A DNA stretch of 64,000 bases from Spirochaetia bacterium (GTDB lineage Bacteria > Spirochaetota > Spirochaetia > CAKZLE01). A program made the position numbers and the translations under genes. This document shows positions 18,879 to 28,497 of the stretch, in pieces. Below the pieces are notes generated by a model. The model searched no databases and was not told the DNA's origin. It saw only the letters and a list, made by a program, of their open reading frames with translations. Each line of letters begins with the position of its first letter. Position 1 is the stretch's first letter. The stretch lies in the NCBI GenBank assembly GCA_963677595.1, contig OY782041.1, positions 896,001 to 960,000 of the forward strand. Reading direction: 5' to 3'.

Positions 18879-19164
18879 AACACCTACAGTATAGCAGAAA
18901 CTGATGAGGTATGCAATTTTTTTAAAATACATTTTTAAAAGTTTGTTTATAGGCATAGTTTTTAAAATCCATTTTAAAAACTTTCAACATTGTCCTGATG
19001 AACCACCTACACCCTTAACTTCTTGTACTTTTATTACTCAAACCACTTTTTCGCGACAAGCCAATACATAAATCTTTAAAATATAAGGAGAAATAAACGG
19101 TTTTCAGTTGAATTCCAGGCCCAGGTCTGCTATACTTAAGGTATAAAGTATTACTCAATACGAG

Positions 19165-20901
19165 GTGAATATCATGTACCTAAAGACCCTGGTTGACCTG
19201 CCGGATGTCCCCGGTAAAATCGTGATTCAGACGAAGAATAATTCGTCCTACGTGCACTTCGAATACGATCGGATCTATGATGCTGACAGGAAGTTCAATG
19301 TCCCCAAGCGGGTTGTCATCGGCAAGATTGCTGGCAACGATAAGCACAAGATGTATCCGAATCCAAATTTCCTGAAGTACTTTCCTGCCGTTGATGTTTC
19401 GCCTAGTCGTACGACTGATCCAGACCGGAGCTGCTGCCTGAAGATCGGTTCCTGGTTGGCGATCCGCAGCATCATCGAGCACTATGGGATCGAGAAGACC
19501 CTCAACCCCATCATCGACAAGGATACCGGGTTCTTCCTGGACCTTGCCGCATATTCCCTGATCAGCGAGAACAATGCCGGTCAGTACTATCCTGACTATG
19601 CTTATTGCCATCCGTTGTTTACCAACGCCATGCATATCTACAGCGACTCTAAGGTCTCAGACTTCCTTAACACCATGCCTGAGCACTGGAGTGTGGAGTT
19701 CCTGAATGCGTGGAATGGACGTAGGGATCACCGAGAACGGATCTACATCTCCTACGATTCCACGAACAAGAATTGCCAGGCCGGGGACATCGAGATCGTC
19801 GAGTTTGGGCATCCAAAGGATGAACAGGGGCTTCCCGTTTTCAATTATTCGATTGCCTATGACAAGACGAACCAGGTCCCCTTGTTCTATGAGGAGTATC
19901 CCGGCAGTATCGTAGATGTCTCACAGCTCCAATTCATGCTGGAGAAAGCACTCAGCTATGGATACCGGCATTGCGGGTTCATACTTGACCGAGGATACTT
20001 CTCCAAGGCGAATATCCAGTACATGGACGCCTGCGGCTATGAGTTCGTCATCATGGTCAAGGGCATGAAGGACCTCGTCTCCGGCTTGGTTCTGGAGCAT
20101 CAGAGGAGCTTTGAGACTGACCGGAGATGTTTCATTCGTGGGCACCGGGTGTATGGGAAGACCATCAAGGCACCGCTGTACGCTGATGATACACGAGAGC
20201 GGTATTTCCACATCTTCCATTCCTCAACGCTTGAATGCAGCCAGAGAGGCAAGCTTGAGGCTAAGCTGGAGCGGATGGAGAAGAGTCTCCTCAAGCATCG
20301 GGGACAGGCGATCACGTTCCCGAAATCGTACTCCCAGTATTATGAGCTCTATTTCAATGAGCAGGATGGATCAGCTAAGACCCTGGTCCACTGGCGGGAA
20401 CGGAACGATGTGATCCAGCGGGAATTGTCCCTATGCGGCTACTTCGCCATCGTCACCTCTGAGCAGATGACGGCCCAGGAGGCTATGGATCTCTATCGGA
20501 GCAGAGATGCTTCGGAGAAGCTGTTCAGAAGCGACAAAACCTTTTTGGGCAACAAGAGCCTGCGTGTCCATTCCGACCAGGCTGCGGATGCCAAGGTGTT
20601 CATCGGGTTTGTCGCTCTCATCATACGCAATCGTCTCTACAACCTGCTTAAGGATGCGATGGCGCGGATGGAAAAGAGGCCAAACTACATGACAGTCCCG
20701 GCGGCAATCAAGGAGTTGGACAAGATCGAGATGGTACGCCAGTTTGACGGCATCTACCGGCTCGATCATGCCGTAACGAAGACCCAGAAAGTGATCCTGG
20801 AGGCCCTGGGCTTAGATCCTGCCTCGGTACAGACTACAGCTCAATCCATTAGTGGGGTATTGGCTGCAACAGGCACATCTGACAAACAGGAGGGATCGTG
20901 A
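19165..20901 (+). CDS. IS1634-family DDE transposase
   Basis: SYDSTN, YPGSIVD, ILDRGYFS, YRSRDASEKLFR (YREK-like). Confidence 0.9.
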   Translation: MNIMYLKTLVDLPDVPGKIVIQTKNNSSYVHFEYDRIYDADRKFNVPKRVVIGKIAGNDKHKMYPNPNFLKYFPAVDVSPSRTTDPDRSCCLKIGSWLAIRSIIEHYGIEKTLNPIIDKDTGFFLDLAAYSLISENNAGQYYPDYAYCHPLFTNAMHIYSDSKVSDFLNTMPEHWSVEFLNAWNGRRDHRERIYISYDSTNKNCQAGDIEIVEFGHPKDEQGLPVFNYSIAYDKTNQVPLFYEEYPGSIVDVSQLQFMLEKALSYGYRHCGFILDRGYFSKANIQYMDACGYEFVIMVKGMKDLVSGLVLEHQRSFETDRRCFIRGHRVYGKTIKAPLYADDTRERYFHIFHSSTLECSQRGKLEAKLERMEKSLLKHRGQAITFPKSYSQYYELYFNEQDGSAKTLVHWRERNDVIQRELSLCGYFAIVTSEQMTAQEAMDLYRSRDASEKLFRSDKTFLGNKSLRVHSDQAADAKVFIGFVALIIRNRLYNLLKDAMARMEKRPNYMTVPAAIKELDKIEMVRQFDGIYRLDHAVTKTQKVILEALGLDPASVQTTAQSISGVLAATGTSDKQEGS

Positions 20902-21122
20902 TGGCTCGCACAAGGACGATGGCATCGATTGATGCAAAGATCAAGAAGGCCCAAGATGCAGTGGAACAAACGAAAGACCGGTATGATGCTGCCGTAACTG
21001 AACTGGAACGATGGTACGAAGAGAAGAAGAACCTTCAGCTGCAGGAACTTGCCCAGGCGCTCAACAAGAGTGATAAGAGTTTTGAAGACGTGATGCGATT
21101 CATCAAGGATGGTACCCGCTGA
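20898..21122 (+). CDS. Small coiled-coil passenger protein inside the IS
   Basis: 74-aa ORF overlapping the transposase stop, GGAGGG RBS, inside the right TIR. Confidence 0.7.
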   Translation: MMARTRTMASIDAKIKKAQDAVEQTKDRYDAAVTELERWYEEKKNLQLQELAQALNKSDKSFEDVMRFIKDGTR

Positions 21123-21237
21123 GGCCTCGATGTAGACCTTGAGTAATAAAAAGTCAGGAAGTTAAGTTACACACATCCCTATTCACATCCAACCCTTTCT
21201 TCATATATAATATATGATATAACGATTCGAGGGGTGT

Positions 21238-22326
21238 ATGATGGACCATATCCAACAGGGAATAACAGTGATCTACGGGGAAGACGATCTGCAGCAGATG
21301 ACGGTGGACCTGCTCGAGACGGTCGAGCTGGCACAGAGGATCCCAAAGGGTTCCCGGATCTGCCTGAAGCCGAACCTGGTAGTCGCGAGCCCTGCAGACG
21401 GGGGAGCCACGACTCACCCGGAGATCGTCGAGGGGGCCATCCAGTACCTGCAGTCCCACGGATTCGACTCCATCACCATCGCGGAAGGTTCCTGGGTCGG
21501 GGACAGGACTGACCGGGCTTTCAAGCGCTGCGGTTACACCGACCTCTCGAAACGGTATCAGGTACCCCTGATCGATACCCAGAAGCTCAGCTATGACTCT
21601 GTCTACACCGATGACTACAACCTCAAGATCTGCGACTGCATGAGTGAGTTCGATGTGCTCGTCAACATGCCGGTCCTCAAGGGCCATTGCCAGACCTGGT
21701 ACACCGGGGCATTGAAGAACCTCAAGGGCTGCATCCCAAACAGCGAGAAACGGAGATTCCATTCCGAAGGGCTCCATGAGCCGATCGCACAGCTCAACAC
21801 GGTGCTCAGGCAGGACTTCATCATCATGGACGGGATCTGCGGGGACCCGACCTTCGAGGAGGGGGGATCCCCCTCGGACATGCACCGGATCCTCTTCTGT
21901 ACCGACCCCGTCCTGCTCGACAGCTATGCCGTGACGCTCCTCAACATGGAACCTGAAGAGGTGCCCTACATCACGCGCTCAGCGGAACTCGGGGTCGGCG
22001 AACTCTGGGACCCTGCTGAGGCTATCAGGGAGATCAATGAACCGGAAGAACGAAGGGACTCCTTCAGCAGGGACCCCATCCTCGGACAGATCGCCGCGCA
22101 GATAGACCAGCGGGATGCCTGCTCCTCCTGCTATGCCAATCTGGTGGAGGCAGTGAAGAGGACAGGGACTGACAAGCAGTTCGTCATCGGCAGGGCGTTC
22201 AGGGACAAGGAGGCCTGTGAGCATACTGATGGCAAGGTCGGCATCGGTAACTGCACCTCCAAGTGCACGAACTTCATCAAGGGCTGCCCCCCATCAGTGG
22301 AGGAGATCATGGGGAGGATCTCCTAA
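21238..22326 (+). CDS. DUF362 domain Fe-S protein
   Basis: LKPNLV, TTHPE, PVLKGH, GALKNLKG, DPVLLD; C-terminal CSSC/GNCT/GCPP. Confidence 0.85.
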   Translation: MMDHIQQGITVIYGEDDLQQMTVDLLETVELAQRIPKGSRICLKPNLVVASPADGGATTHPEIVEGAIQYLQSHGFDSITIAEGSWVGDRTDRAFKRCGYTDLSKRYQVPLIDTQKLSYDSVYTDDYNLKICDCMSEFDVLVNMPVLKGHCQTWYTGALKNLKGCIPNSEKRRFHSEGLHEPIAQLNTVLRQDFIIMDGICGDPTFEEGGSPSDMHRILFCTDPVLLDSYAVTLLNMEPEEVPYITRSAELGVGELWDPAEAIREINEPEERRDSFSRDPILGQIAAQIDQRDACSSCYANLVEAVKRTGTDKQFVIGRAFRDKEACEHTDGKVGIGNCTSKCTNFIKGCPPSVEEIMGRIS

Positions 22327-22958
22327 GTCTTTGATACAAACCATTCAGGTGGACAGGTTATTGTAATTCCTTTATAGGTTATTTCTTTAGGGAATATACT
22401 ATTAATAATATGCGACTGTTTCATTTTGATAACGAAATCTGCGTGTTTACGTAAATCATTACTCCATTTACCATAGGGAGGAAAAATCCCAATATCTTTA
22501 TTAGGAAAACACTTTTTTACTTCTTTGATAGCATTCAAGATATCAGAATCACCTGAAACAACTACAGCTTTATCATATTCATCTAAAAATGCATTCTTGA
22601 ATAATGTAATTGCTAAATTGACATCTGTGTTTTTCTCTTCTGCGCTACGGAATACTGATCTGCATTTTGGACAGAATCGATCTTTCTTCTTGAATTCTCC
22701 CTCTATAATATTGACACCTTTACTCATAAGAGCCTTTATATACACTCTATGTCTCTTTATCGTTCCTTGGCCATTGAAAGGATATATTGCTGTAAAATAG
22801 TTTATACTGGCTAACTCTTCATTGGGTCTCAATAAACTTGAGAACAAGCTGTATAAGTCAAGCCACTTCACAGAAGAGTTCTGTTTTTCTTTGGCTAGAT
22901 TGCGCAGAGAGTAATAAAGATTGAATCCATCTACAAAGAATGATACTTTTGTTTTCAT
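22323..22958 (-). CDS. NYN-domain (PIN-like) ribonuclease with CxxC insertion, AT-rich
   Basis: FVDGFNLY, EEKNTDVNLA, VSGDSD acidic motifs; FCPKC. Confidence 0.9.
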   Translation of the reverse strand: MKTKVSFFVDGFNLYYSLRNLAKEKQNSSVKWLDLYSLFSSLLRPNEELASINYFTAIYPFNGQGTIKRHRVYIKALMSKGVNIIEGEFKKKDRFCPKCRSVFRSAEEKNTDVNLAITLFKNAFLDEYDKAVVVSGDSDILNAIKEVKKCFPNKDIGIFPPYGKWSNDLRKHADFVIKMKQSHIINSIFPKEITYKGITITCPPEWFVSKT

Positions 22959-23015
22959 AAAAAAACCCAGGCCTAACCTGGGGGTCTATGAGTCAAACTC
23001 ATAGGGATGTTTTCT
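22959..23015 (-). ncRNA. Candidate two-hairpin leader RNA ending in U7 directly before the NYN start codon
   Basis: Minus strand CTATGAGT-ttg-ACTCATAG, then CCCAGG-ttagg-CCTGGG-TTTTTTT-ATG; no Shine-Dalgarno. Confidence 0.5.
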
Positions 23016-23016
23016 A

Positions 23017-23050
23017 ATTATAAAATATAATATAGTCGCACATACGTCAA
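23017..23050 (-). promoter_or_regulatory. Sigma70-type promoter for the NYN locus
   Basis: TTGACG (23050-23045) followed by AT-rich -10 candidates (TATTTT at 17-bp spacing, TATAAT nearby). Confidence 0.5.
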
Positions 23051-23155
23051 GATATCCTTCAAAAGAAATCCTGATTTGCGCAAGGCATTACAAAATCGAG
23101 ACAAACCTCTTATAAATACTGAAACAGTAGCAACGTGTTTGCTCTTTCTCAACAC

Positions 23156-23752
23156 TCAAGATCTCTCTCTGGTATAGATCTCGATCCACTCCGGGGTCTG
23201 CTCATCAAGGAAGGCCTTGAGCTCCCTGAAGTGCCCCGTCTCCTCTGTATGCTGCTTGAACCAATCACAGATCAGGTGGTCAGCGAACGTCTCGCTGTCA
23301 TCCTGCAGGTACTCGTGCATGTCAGTCATGGCATCCTCATCGAACATCTGCAGCCCGAGGATTATTCCTTCGAGATGTACCAGTTCCTCCTTATGCTTAC
23401 CGAGCCTGCGGCACTGGTCCATCTCACTGGTATACCCCCTTACAACCTCTTCCATCATCTCGTAGGCTACATCTATCGGGTCACTGTACCCGCCGCCCCG
23501 CTGCGGTCCTGAGGCATCCCAGCAGTCCTCGATCTCCAGGGAACACAGTTCATCATACAGACGATCTGCTATCCCGGAAGGATCCACCTCCGAGATGACA
23601 ACATCTGCCTCCTTGACCACTGCTGACGCAATAGAGGCATCCCTGCTTACGAGGGTATAGAGTATGCGCAGCGCCTGATCCCCGTTCAGGTTCCCGGCGA
23701 TCTTCTTCCCCTTCTCGATAATCTCCTTACTCTTAGGCTTAGCGGCCATCAT
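23156..23752 (-). CDS. Hypothetical acidic protein, co-transcribed with the SWIM gene
   Basis: 198-aa ORF with GAGGAGGG RBS and backbone-like codon usage. Confidence 0.7.
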   Translation of the reverse strand: MMAAKPKSKEIIEKGKKIAGNLNGDQALRILYTLVSRDASIASAVVKEADVVISEVDPSGIADRLYDELCSLEIEDCWDASGPQRGGGYSDPIDVAYEMMEEVVRGYTSEMDQCRRLGKHKEELVHLEGIILGLQMFDEDAMTDMHEYLQDDSETFADHLICDWFKQHTEETGHFRELKAFLDEQTPEWIEIYTRERS

Positions 23753-23761
23753 CCCTCCTCA

Positions 23762-25492
23762 TCAGACCTTGCTCACTTCATCCTTGAAGGCAGGCTTGTT
23801 GGAATAGGTTACCAGCAGATACGTCTTGACCTTCTCGGCCATCACAACACCACCGATACTCTTGAGCCTGGTGATCAGGCTGCAGACCTTCCGATACCCT
23901 GCACGATCCCAGGCGCGCGAGGCATCATGCAGGATCAGCTTCGCATACAGTTCATATACTTCATCGGGATACTCTTTGACCAGGATCTCATCATAATCCA
24001 GGAGCTCGTGGGGCGACGCCGCCACGAGCGACAGGAGCCTCCCATATTCTTCCTCAGCGATGTAGACCCTGGCTGCATACTTCTGCATCAAGAACCCCGA
24101 AGTGACCTGGACCAGGTCATCCAGCTGGTCCAGGAACAGTGGCGCTGCCTGTTTCCACTGATCGTCAGGGAAGCAGGCCTTATACCGGAGGAAGTCATCG
24201 AAATCCTTCGATATGAAGTACAGGTCAGACAGTGCCGACTTCAGCTCCTCGGGCTTCCCGGCTGCTTCATAGATGCGGCAGCGTTCCTTGATATACGCTA
24301 TCTCAGTTCGTTCGTCATCCTTCTTACGAGCCAGTTTCTCTCCCTCACGTGCCAGGGCTTCCGCATCCTCGAACCGGCCGGCATCAAAGGCACGTCTGAT
24401 CAGGCGTTTCCTCATCTTCGGGTACTGGATATATCCTTCCAGCAGGGCAGTGACTTCCTCATCTGTCATATAGGTGCTGTACAGCCTATAGAGGACCTCC
24501 AGAAGCTCGTATGTCAAGAAGGGGACCTGATGACTTGCCGCTCCTTTCAGACTCGAGCGCAGGCAGGAGGCAAGGAGATCGACATGCTCCCTATTCCGAC
24601 AGAGGTGTTCAGCCAGCTTCAGGAACTCCACCTCCCGGTCGGCCATACCATGGGCTCGTACCTTCTCTACCTGCTTGATGAAGCAGCTGATGTACTCAGT
24701 ACGTACCCCGTCGGTGAGATCATCGAGGGTGCAGACCTGCTCCATGATCTCCGGCAATTCATACAGGGGATCTATCAACTCATCAGGGAACTCCTCCAGC
24801 TCATAATAGGCTTTAGCCAGGGGAAAGAAGACGGCAAAGGAGAGGTCGAGCACCTCCCGGGGTTCCATACGATCGTATGCGGCATACACATAGCCCATGG
24901 CCTGGTCGATCAGTTCTTTGTGGTACTCCGCCGTCTCCTGCGCTTCAACGGGCTCCTCAGTGAGTTCATATAAGTCTATCAGGTCATCCATGGCGGTCTC
25001 AACCAGTTCCCTGACGGTATCCAGGCTCGTTTCCTTGGTCTCGGGGGCATTGCTGCCTGCGATAAAGGAACGGACCAGCATCCCGTTGTCGGGATCCTGC
25101 CTGATCAGTACCTTCAGGAGTTTAAGCAGCTGCTCACGGTCGAGGGCCTCCAATGCCTCGATAGTCTGCCCCGCCCAGTCCAGGGAGACCTCACCGTCAC
25201 TATCCTTGATCCCAAGCTCCTCCTGGAGCTCATACAGCACGGCAGCCATATGCTTACAGTTGTCCTCTTCGGCGTAGGGACAATCGCAGGTGATGCTGGT
25301 GATCTCATAATCGGAAGTCAGGGTGAGGGAAACCTCATACGGGTTCGACCCGTATACCAGGGCAGTCCAGGAATCCCCTGAATGCTCAAGGTCCTGCACT
25401 CTCCCGTCATCGTAATAGCCTTCCCCGCGTTTCAGGATATGGGGCTGGAACAGGTCTTCGAACTCGTCAAGGAATACGCTCTTATGCTTCAT
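23762..25492 (-). CDS. SWIM zinc-finger protein with helical-repeat C-terminus
   Basis: RGEGYY, CDCPY..CKHMAAVL SWIM motif; start after AGGAGG. Confidence 0.85.
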   Translation of the reverse strand: MKHKSVFLDEFEDLFQPHILKRGEGYYDDGRVQDLEHSGDSWTALVYGSNPYEVSLTLTSDYEITSITCDCPYAEEDNCKHMAAVLYELQEELGIKDSDGEVSLDWAGQTIEALEALDREQLLKLLKVLIRQDPDNGMLVRSFIAGSNAPETKETSLDTVRELVETAMDDLIDLYELTEEPVEAQETAEYHKELIDQAMGYVYAAYDRMEPREVLDLSFAVFFPLAKAYYELEEFPDELIDPLYELPEIMEQVCTLDDLTDGVRTEYISCFIKQVEKVRAHGMADREVEFLKLAEHLCRNREHVDLLASCLRSSLKGAASHQVPFLTYELLEVLYRLYSTYMTDEEVTALLEGYIQYPKMRKRLIRRAFDAGRFEDAEALAREGEKLARKKDDERTEIAYIKERCRIYEAAGKPEELKSALSDLYFISKDFDDFLRYKACFPDDQWKQAAPLFLDQLDDLVQVTSGFLMQKYAARVYIAEEEYGRLLSLVAASPHELLDYDEILVKEYPDEVYELYAKLILHDASRAWDRAGYRKVCSLITRLKSIGGVVMAEKVKTYLLVTYSNKPAFKDEVSKV

Positions 25493-25726
25493 CACTGATG
25501 GAACCTCCTGCAACAGGTACATATACTTGAAGTATAGCTGAAAGTGAGTACATCCGCCACAAGAACCGAATACTTTCCATTACCGGCCGGCAGAGTAGTA
25601 AGAGTCATGCATATCGTTTGTGGCATGGACACCCTCTGGAATCTGCAGTATCATAGATACGTGGTTCCTCTCTTTATACGGTCATGAGGATTCTGGTGAA
25701 CATGATCAGTACCAGGAGGAGACACC

Positions 25727-26035
25727 ATGTCAAACCATTACTCATTAGCAACAATCAATTCAGCACACACGCATACCTTCCAGAACGAGGCAGAGATCAG
25801 GAGAAGCTCCCAGGTCGTCTGCTGTTTCTGCGGGGCCCTCTATGACCCTCACAGGGAAGAGATGGACTGGTTCGAGGACAGGGATGCACGGACGTACGTC
25901 TGCAGCCGCTGCGGGATCGATGCAGTCCTCGGGGACGCTTCAGGCTTCCCCATAAAGGATCTCCAGTTCGTCCGTGCATGCTGTGCTGACTGGTTTGCCG
26001 GCAGAGAGATCAAGATCTTGAGAACAGATATGTGA
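25727..26035 (+). CDS. Small Cys-rich (zinc-ribbon-like) hypothetical protein
   Basis: CCFC and CSRCGIDAVLGD motifs; AGGAGG RBS. Confidence 0.7.
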   Translation: MSNHYSLATINSAHTHTFQNEAEIRRSSQVVCCFCGALYDPHREEMDWFEDRDARTYVCSRCGIDAVLGDASGFPIKDLQFVRACCADWFAGREIKILRTDM

Positions 26036-26255
26036 TCTGCATGCAGCAGACTGCTTCTCACGATAGCCTCTTCCCATAGCACGGATGATTCATAGTACAC
26101 ATACGATGTAATGATTTTTCACTTTTTCTCTCATATATAAGCATTTTTCAGTATTCTTCTGAAATATAAGCATTTTTCAGATAGAATAACCGTTATTCAG
26201 GTAGCCTCGGCCTAAGTCTTGTGGAGATGCTTCCCCCTATCGATAGACAGCTTGA

Positions 26256-26522
26256 GCAGAATTCCTCTATCAGTGTGTCCAGGATACCATCGAGCATGAC
26301 CTGCCTGAAGAAGCGGATCATCTCATCCACTATGATCGATTTCGAGTCACGATACAGAAGCAGATCGCGATGCCTGACAAGACGGTATATCTGCTCTACA
26401 GGTTCCTATCCCAGAACAAGGGAGTCCTCTCTAAGAGGGCACGGGAGAAAGAGTTCTCCCTGTTGACCGATGATGAGATCGATGGGATCGAGCGTCTGTA
26501 TATGGTCATATTCGGGGATTGA
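26256..26522 (+). pseudogene. C-terminal remnant of a Fic-family protein
   Basis: Start-less frame AEFLYQCVQDTIEHDLPEE...MPDKTVYLLYRFLSQNKGVLSKRAREKEFSLLTDDEI resembles the C-termini of large Fic proteins. Confidence 0.65.
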
Positions 26523-26534
26523 ACCATGCGTAAG

Positions 26535-27422
26535 CTATGAGATCCTCCTGGTGATCCCTGTCCCGTTATGCTTCCTGAACGCAGTGGGACTGCTGCCGGT
26601 ATGTTTCTTGAAGACCACATTGAAATAAGAGATGTTCTGGAACCCGACCGCCAGGGCGATCTCGGTGACGTTCCCGTCAGTGGAGATCAACAGGTTCTTT
26701 GCCGCGAACACCCGTTTTGTCGTGATGAACTCCGTGATGTTCACCCCAAGCTTCTTCTTGAAATGCCTGCTGAGGTAGGAGGGGTTAATATTGAGGTGCT
26801 GGGCTATCCTGTTCAGGTTCATATCCTGGTCATAGTTGTTGTTGATGAAATGGATCGCCCGCTTCACCACCCGGGACTGCTCGATCTGGCTCACTTCACA
26901 GCTGTGTTCCTTCAGGACAGGGTTAGCGGTCCGGTACAGCGGGATGATCTCCTTCATGATGATACTGATGAGCGAAGCCTTGTAGAAATCATGCTTGAAG
27001 GTCTTCTCAACACACTCACGATAGAGCCGCTGCGCTGCCATGAAGATCAACTGTGAAGTCTCTGAGATGATGTCAACGATCGAGGTCTTCTTGATCTCAT
27101 CGAAGAAATGGAGGGCGATCTTCGAGTCATTCGCATCGAAGAACTGCCCGATACAGCTATCGACGAGCAGCAGGACACACGCATACTTCCCATGCTCGCA
27201 GTCACGGATCCTGAAGACCTCGTCTGCAGAGATGATGGCAATCTGGGACTCCTGCAGGATGGTCTGCATCGAGGAGGTCTCGAAGAGGCAGGTCCCGGTC
27301 ATGCAGAAGAGCATACCCGTCTGCCGGAAGGTGTTCCATTCAGCTTCCTTCTCCTTCAAGGAATCCTGGTAGAGACTGATCCGGTAGTGATCCTTATGAC
27401 TGAAGCACGTATTGATTGCCAT
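26535..27422 (-). CDS. AraC family transcriptional regulator
   Basis: NPSYLSRHFKK, IALAVGFQNISYFNVVFKKHTGSSPTAFR. Confidence 0.92.
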   Translation of the reverse strand: MAINTCFSHKDHYRISLYQDSLKEKEAEWNTFRQTGMLFCMTGTCLFETSSMQTILQESQIAIISADEVFRIRDCEHGKYACVLLLVDSCIGQFFDANDSKIALHFFDEIKKTSIVDIISETSQLIFMAAQRLYRECVEKTFKHDFYKASLISIIMKEIIPLYRTANPVLKEHSCEVSQIEQSRVVKRAIHFINNNYDQDMNLNRIAQHLNINPSYLSRHFKKKLGVNITEFITTKRVFAAKNLLISTDGNVTEIALAVGFQNISYFNVVFKKHTGSSPTAFRKHNGTGITRRIS

Positions 27423-27437
27423 ACCGTTTTAACGATC

Positions 27438-28388
27438 TCACTCCCCTGCCCAGCAGAGGCTGGCAGAACCGCAGATCTCAAGATCATCCTTACTCAGGTA
27501 GGAGTAGGAGACCCCCTGGATCCCATTCAACGTCGCGATATACCCATTCTCATAGAGATAGTCATGGACCCGGTCGAAAAACCACCGGTTCTCGATCACC
27601 TTGCCCGTGAAGATGATATACTCAGGGTTCAGGATATTGATGAGATTGACCACCCCGATCCCCACAGCCCGCAGAGCCCTGTCTACGACCTTCCGAGCCA
27701 GGGGATCTCCCTGCTGAGCTTCTGAGAATATCTCATTCGATGAGAGCAGGCCCATCATCTCATAGGCCTTCAGGCGGGACTCGGGGTAGAGGGGAAGCGC
27801 CTTAACCACCTGCTTGACCAGGGCAGACTCACTGGCTATCCGTTCCAGGCAGCCCCGGTGCCCGCACTCACAGGGCTCCCCATTGTATTCGACACTCATA
27901 TGGCCGATCTCACCAGAAGCATTGTTGGCCCCGCTCACCGGCCTCCCCTCGCTGACGATACCCATCGAGATGCCGTTGTCGATATTGACGAGGATGAAGT
28001 TCTTCGTGATGCGGCCGATCCCGAAATAGTTCTCTGCATAGGTGGCGGCATGGATGTCATTGTCTATGAAGATGGGGATGGATACGCAGCCTTGCAGCAG
28101 CTCTACCAGCTTCACCGGGGTGGAGATCATGGCCAGGATCGAGTTCAGCCAGAGACCCTTCTCCCGGTGGATCTGGCCTGGAAGACTGATCCCGATCGCA
28201 GCGGGAGGTGCTCCTTCCCAGTCTGCCAGATACCCCGTGATCGATGCCTCCAGGGCGGAGACTGAATCCTGTTGATGCCGTATGGCGATAGGCTTGACCC
28301 GTTTGTTTCGGATCTGCCCTTTGGTATCGACCAGCCCCATGACGATCGTGTCGATATTGAAGTTAACTCCCAGATACAGTCTGTCCAT
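27438..28388 (-). CDS. ROK family protein
   Basis: IDNDIHAA, GEIGH, CECGHRGCLE; lacks the N-terminal DxGGT kinase motif. Confidence 0.85.
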   Translation of the reverse strand: MDRLYLGVNFNIDTIVMGLVDTKGQIRNKRVKPIAIRHQQDSVSALEASITGYLADWEGAPPAAIGISLPGQIHREKGLWLNSILAMISTPVKLVELLQGCVSIPIFIDNDIHAATYAENYFGIGRITKNFILVNIDNGISMGIVSEGRPVSGANNASGEIGHMSVEYNGEPCECGHRGCLERIASESALVKQVVKALPLYPESRLKAYEMMGLLSSNEIFSEAQQGDPLARKVVDRALRAVGIGVVNLINILNPEYIIFTGKVIENRWFFDRVHDYLYENGYIATLNGIQGVSYSYLSKDDLEICGSASLCWAGE

Positions 28389-28497
28389 GCATCACCCTTC
28401 TTGCCTGAAGATTTCGTTGTCCAGTATCAGTCAAAGCAGTGTATACTGCCTTGGCTGACACTGCAACAGATTTCCCCGCTACGTGTGAGCCCATGCC

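Larger units (their letters stand above)
19013..21167 (+). mobile_element. Intact IS1634-family insertion sequence with ~28-bp imperfect terminal inverted repeats and a 5-bp target duplication TACAC
   Basis: Left CTTAACTTCTTGTACTTTTATTACTCAA (19014-19041); right TTGAGTAATAAAAAGTCAGGAAGTTAAG (21139-21166); TACAC at 19008-19012 and 21168-21172. Confidence 0.85.

Noticed and set aside
26221-26466. 81-aa ORF in the track
   Set aside because: The meaningful frame is the overlapping start-less Fic remnant.
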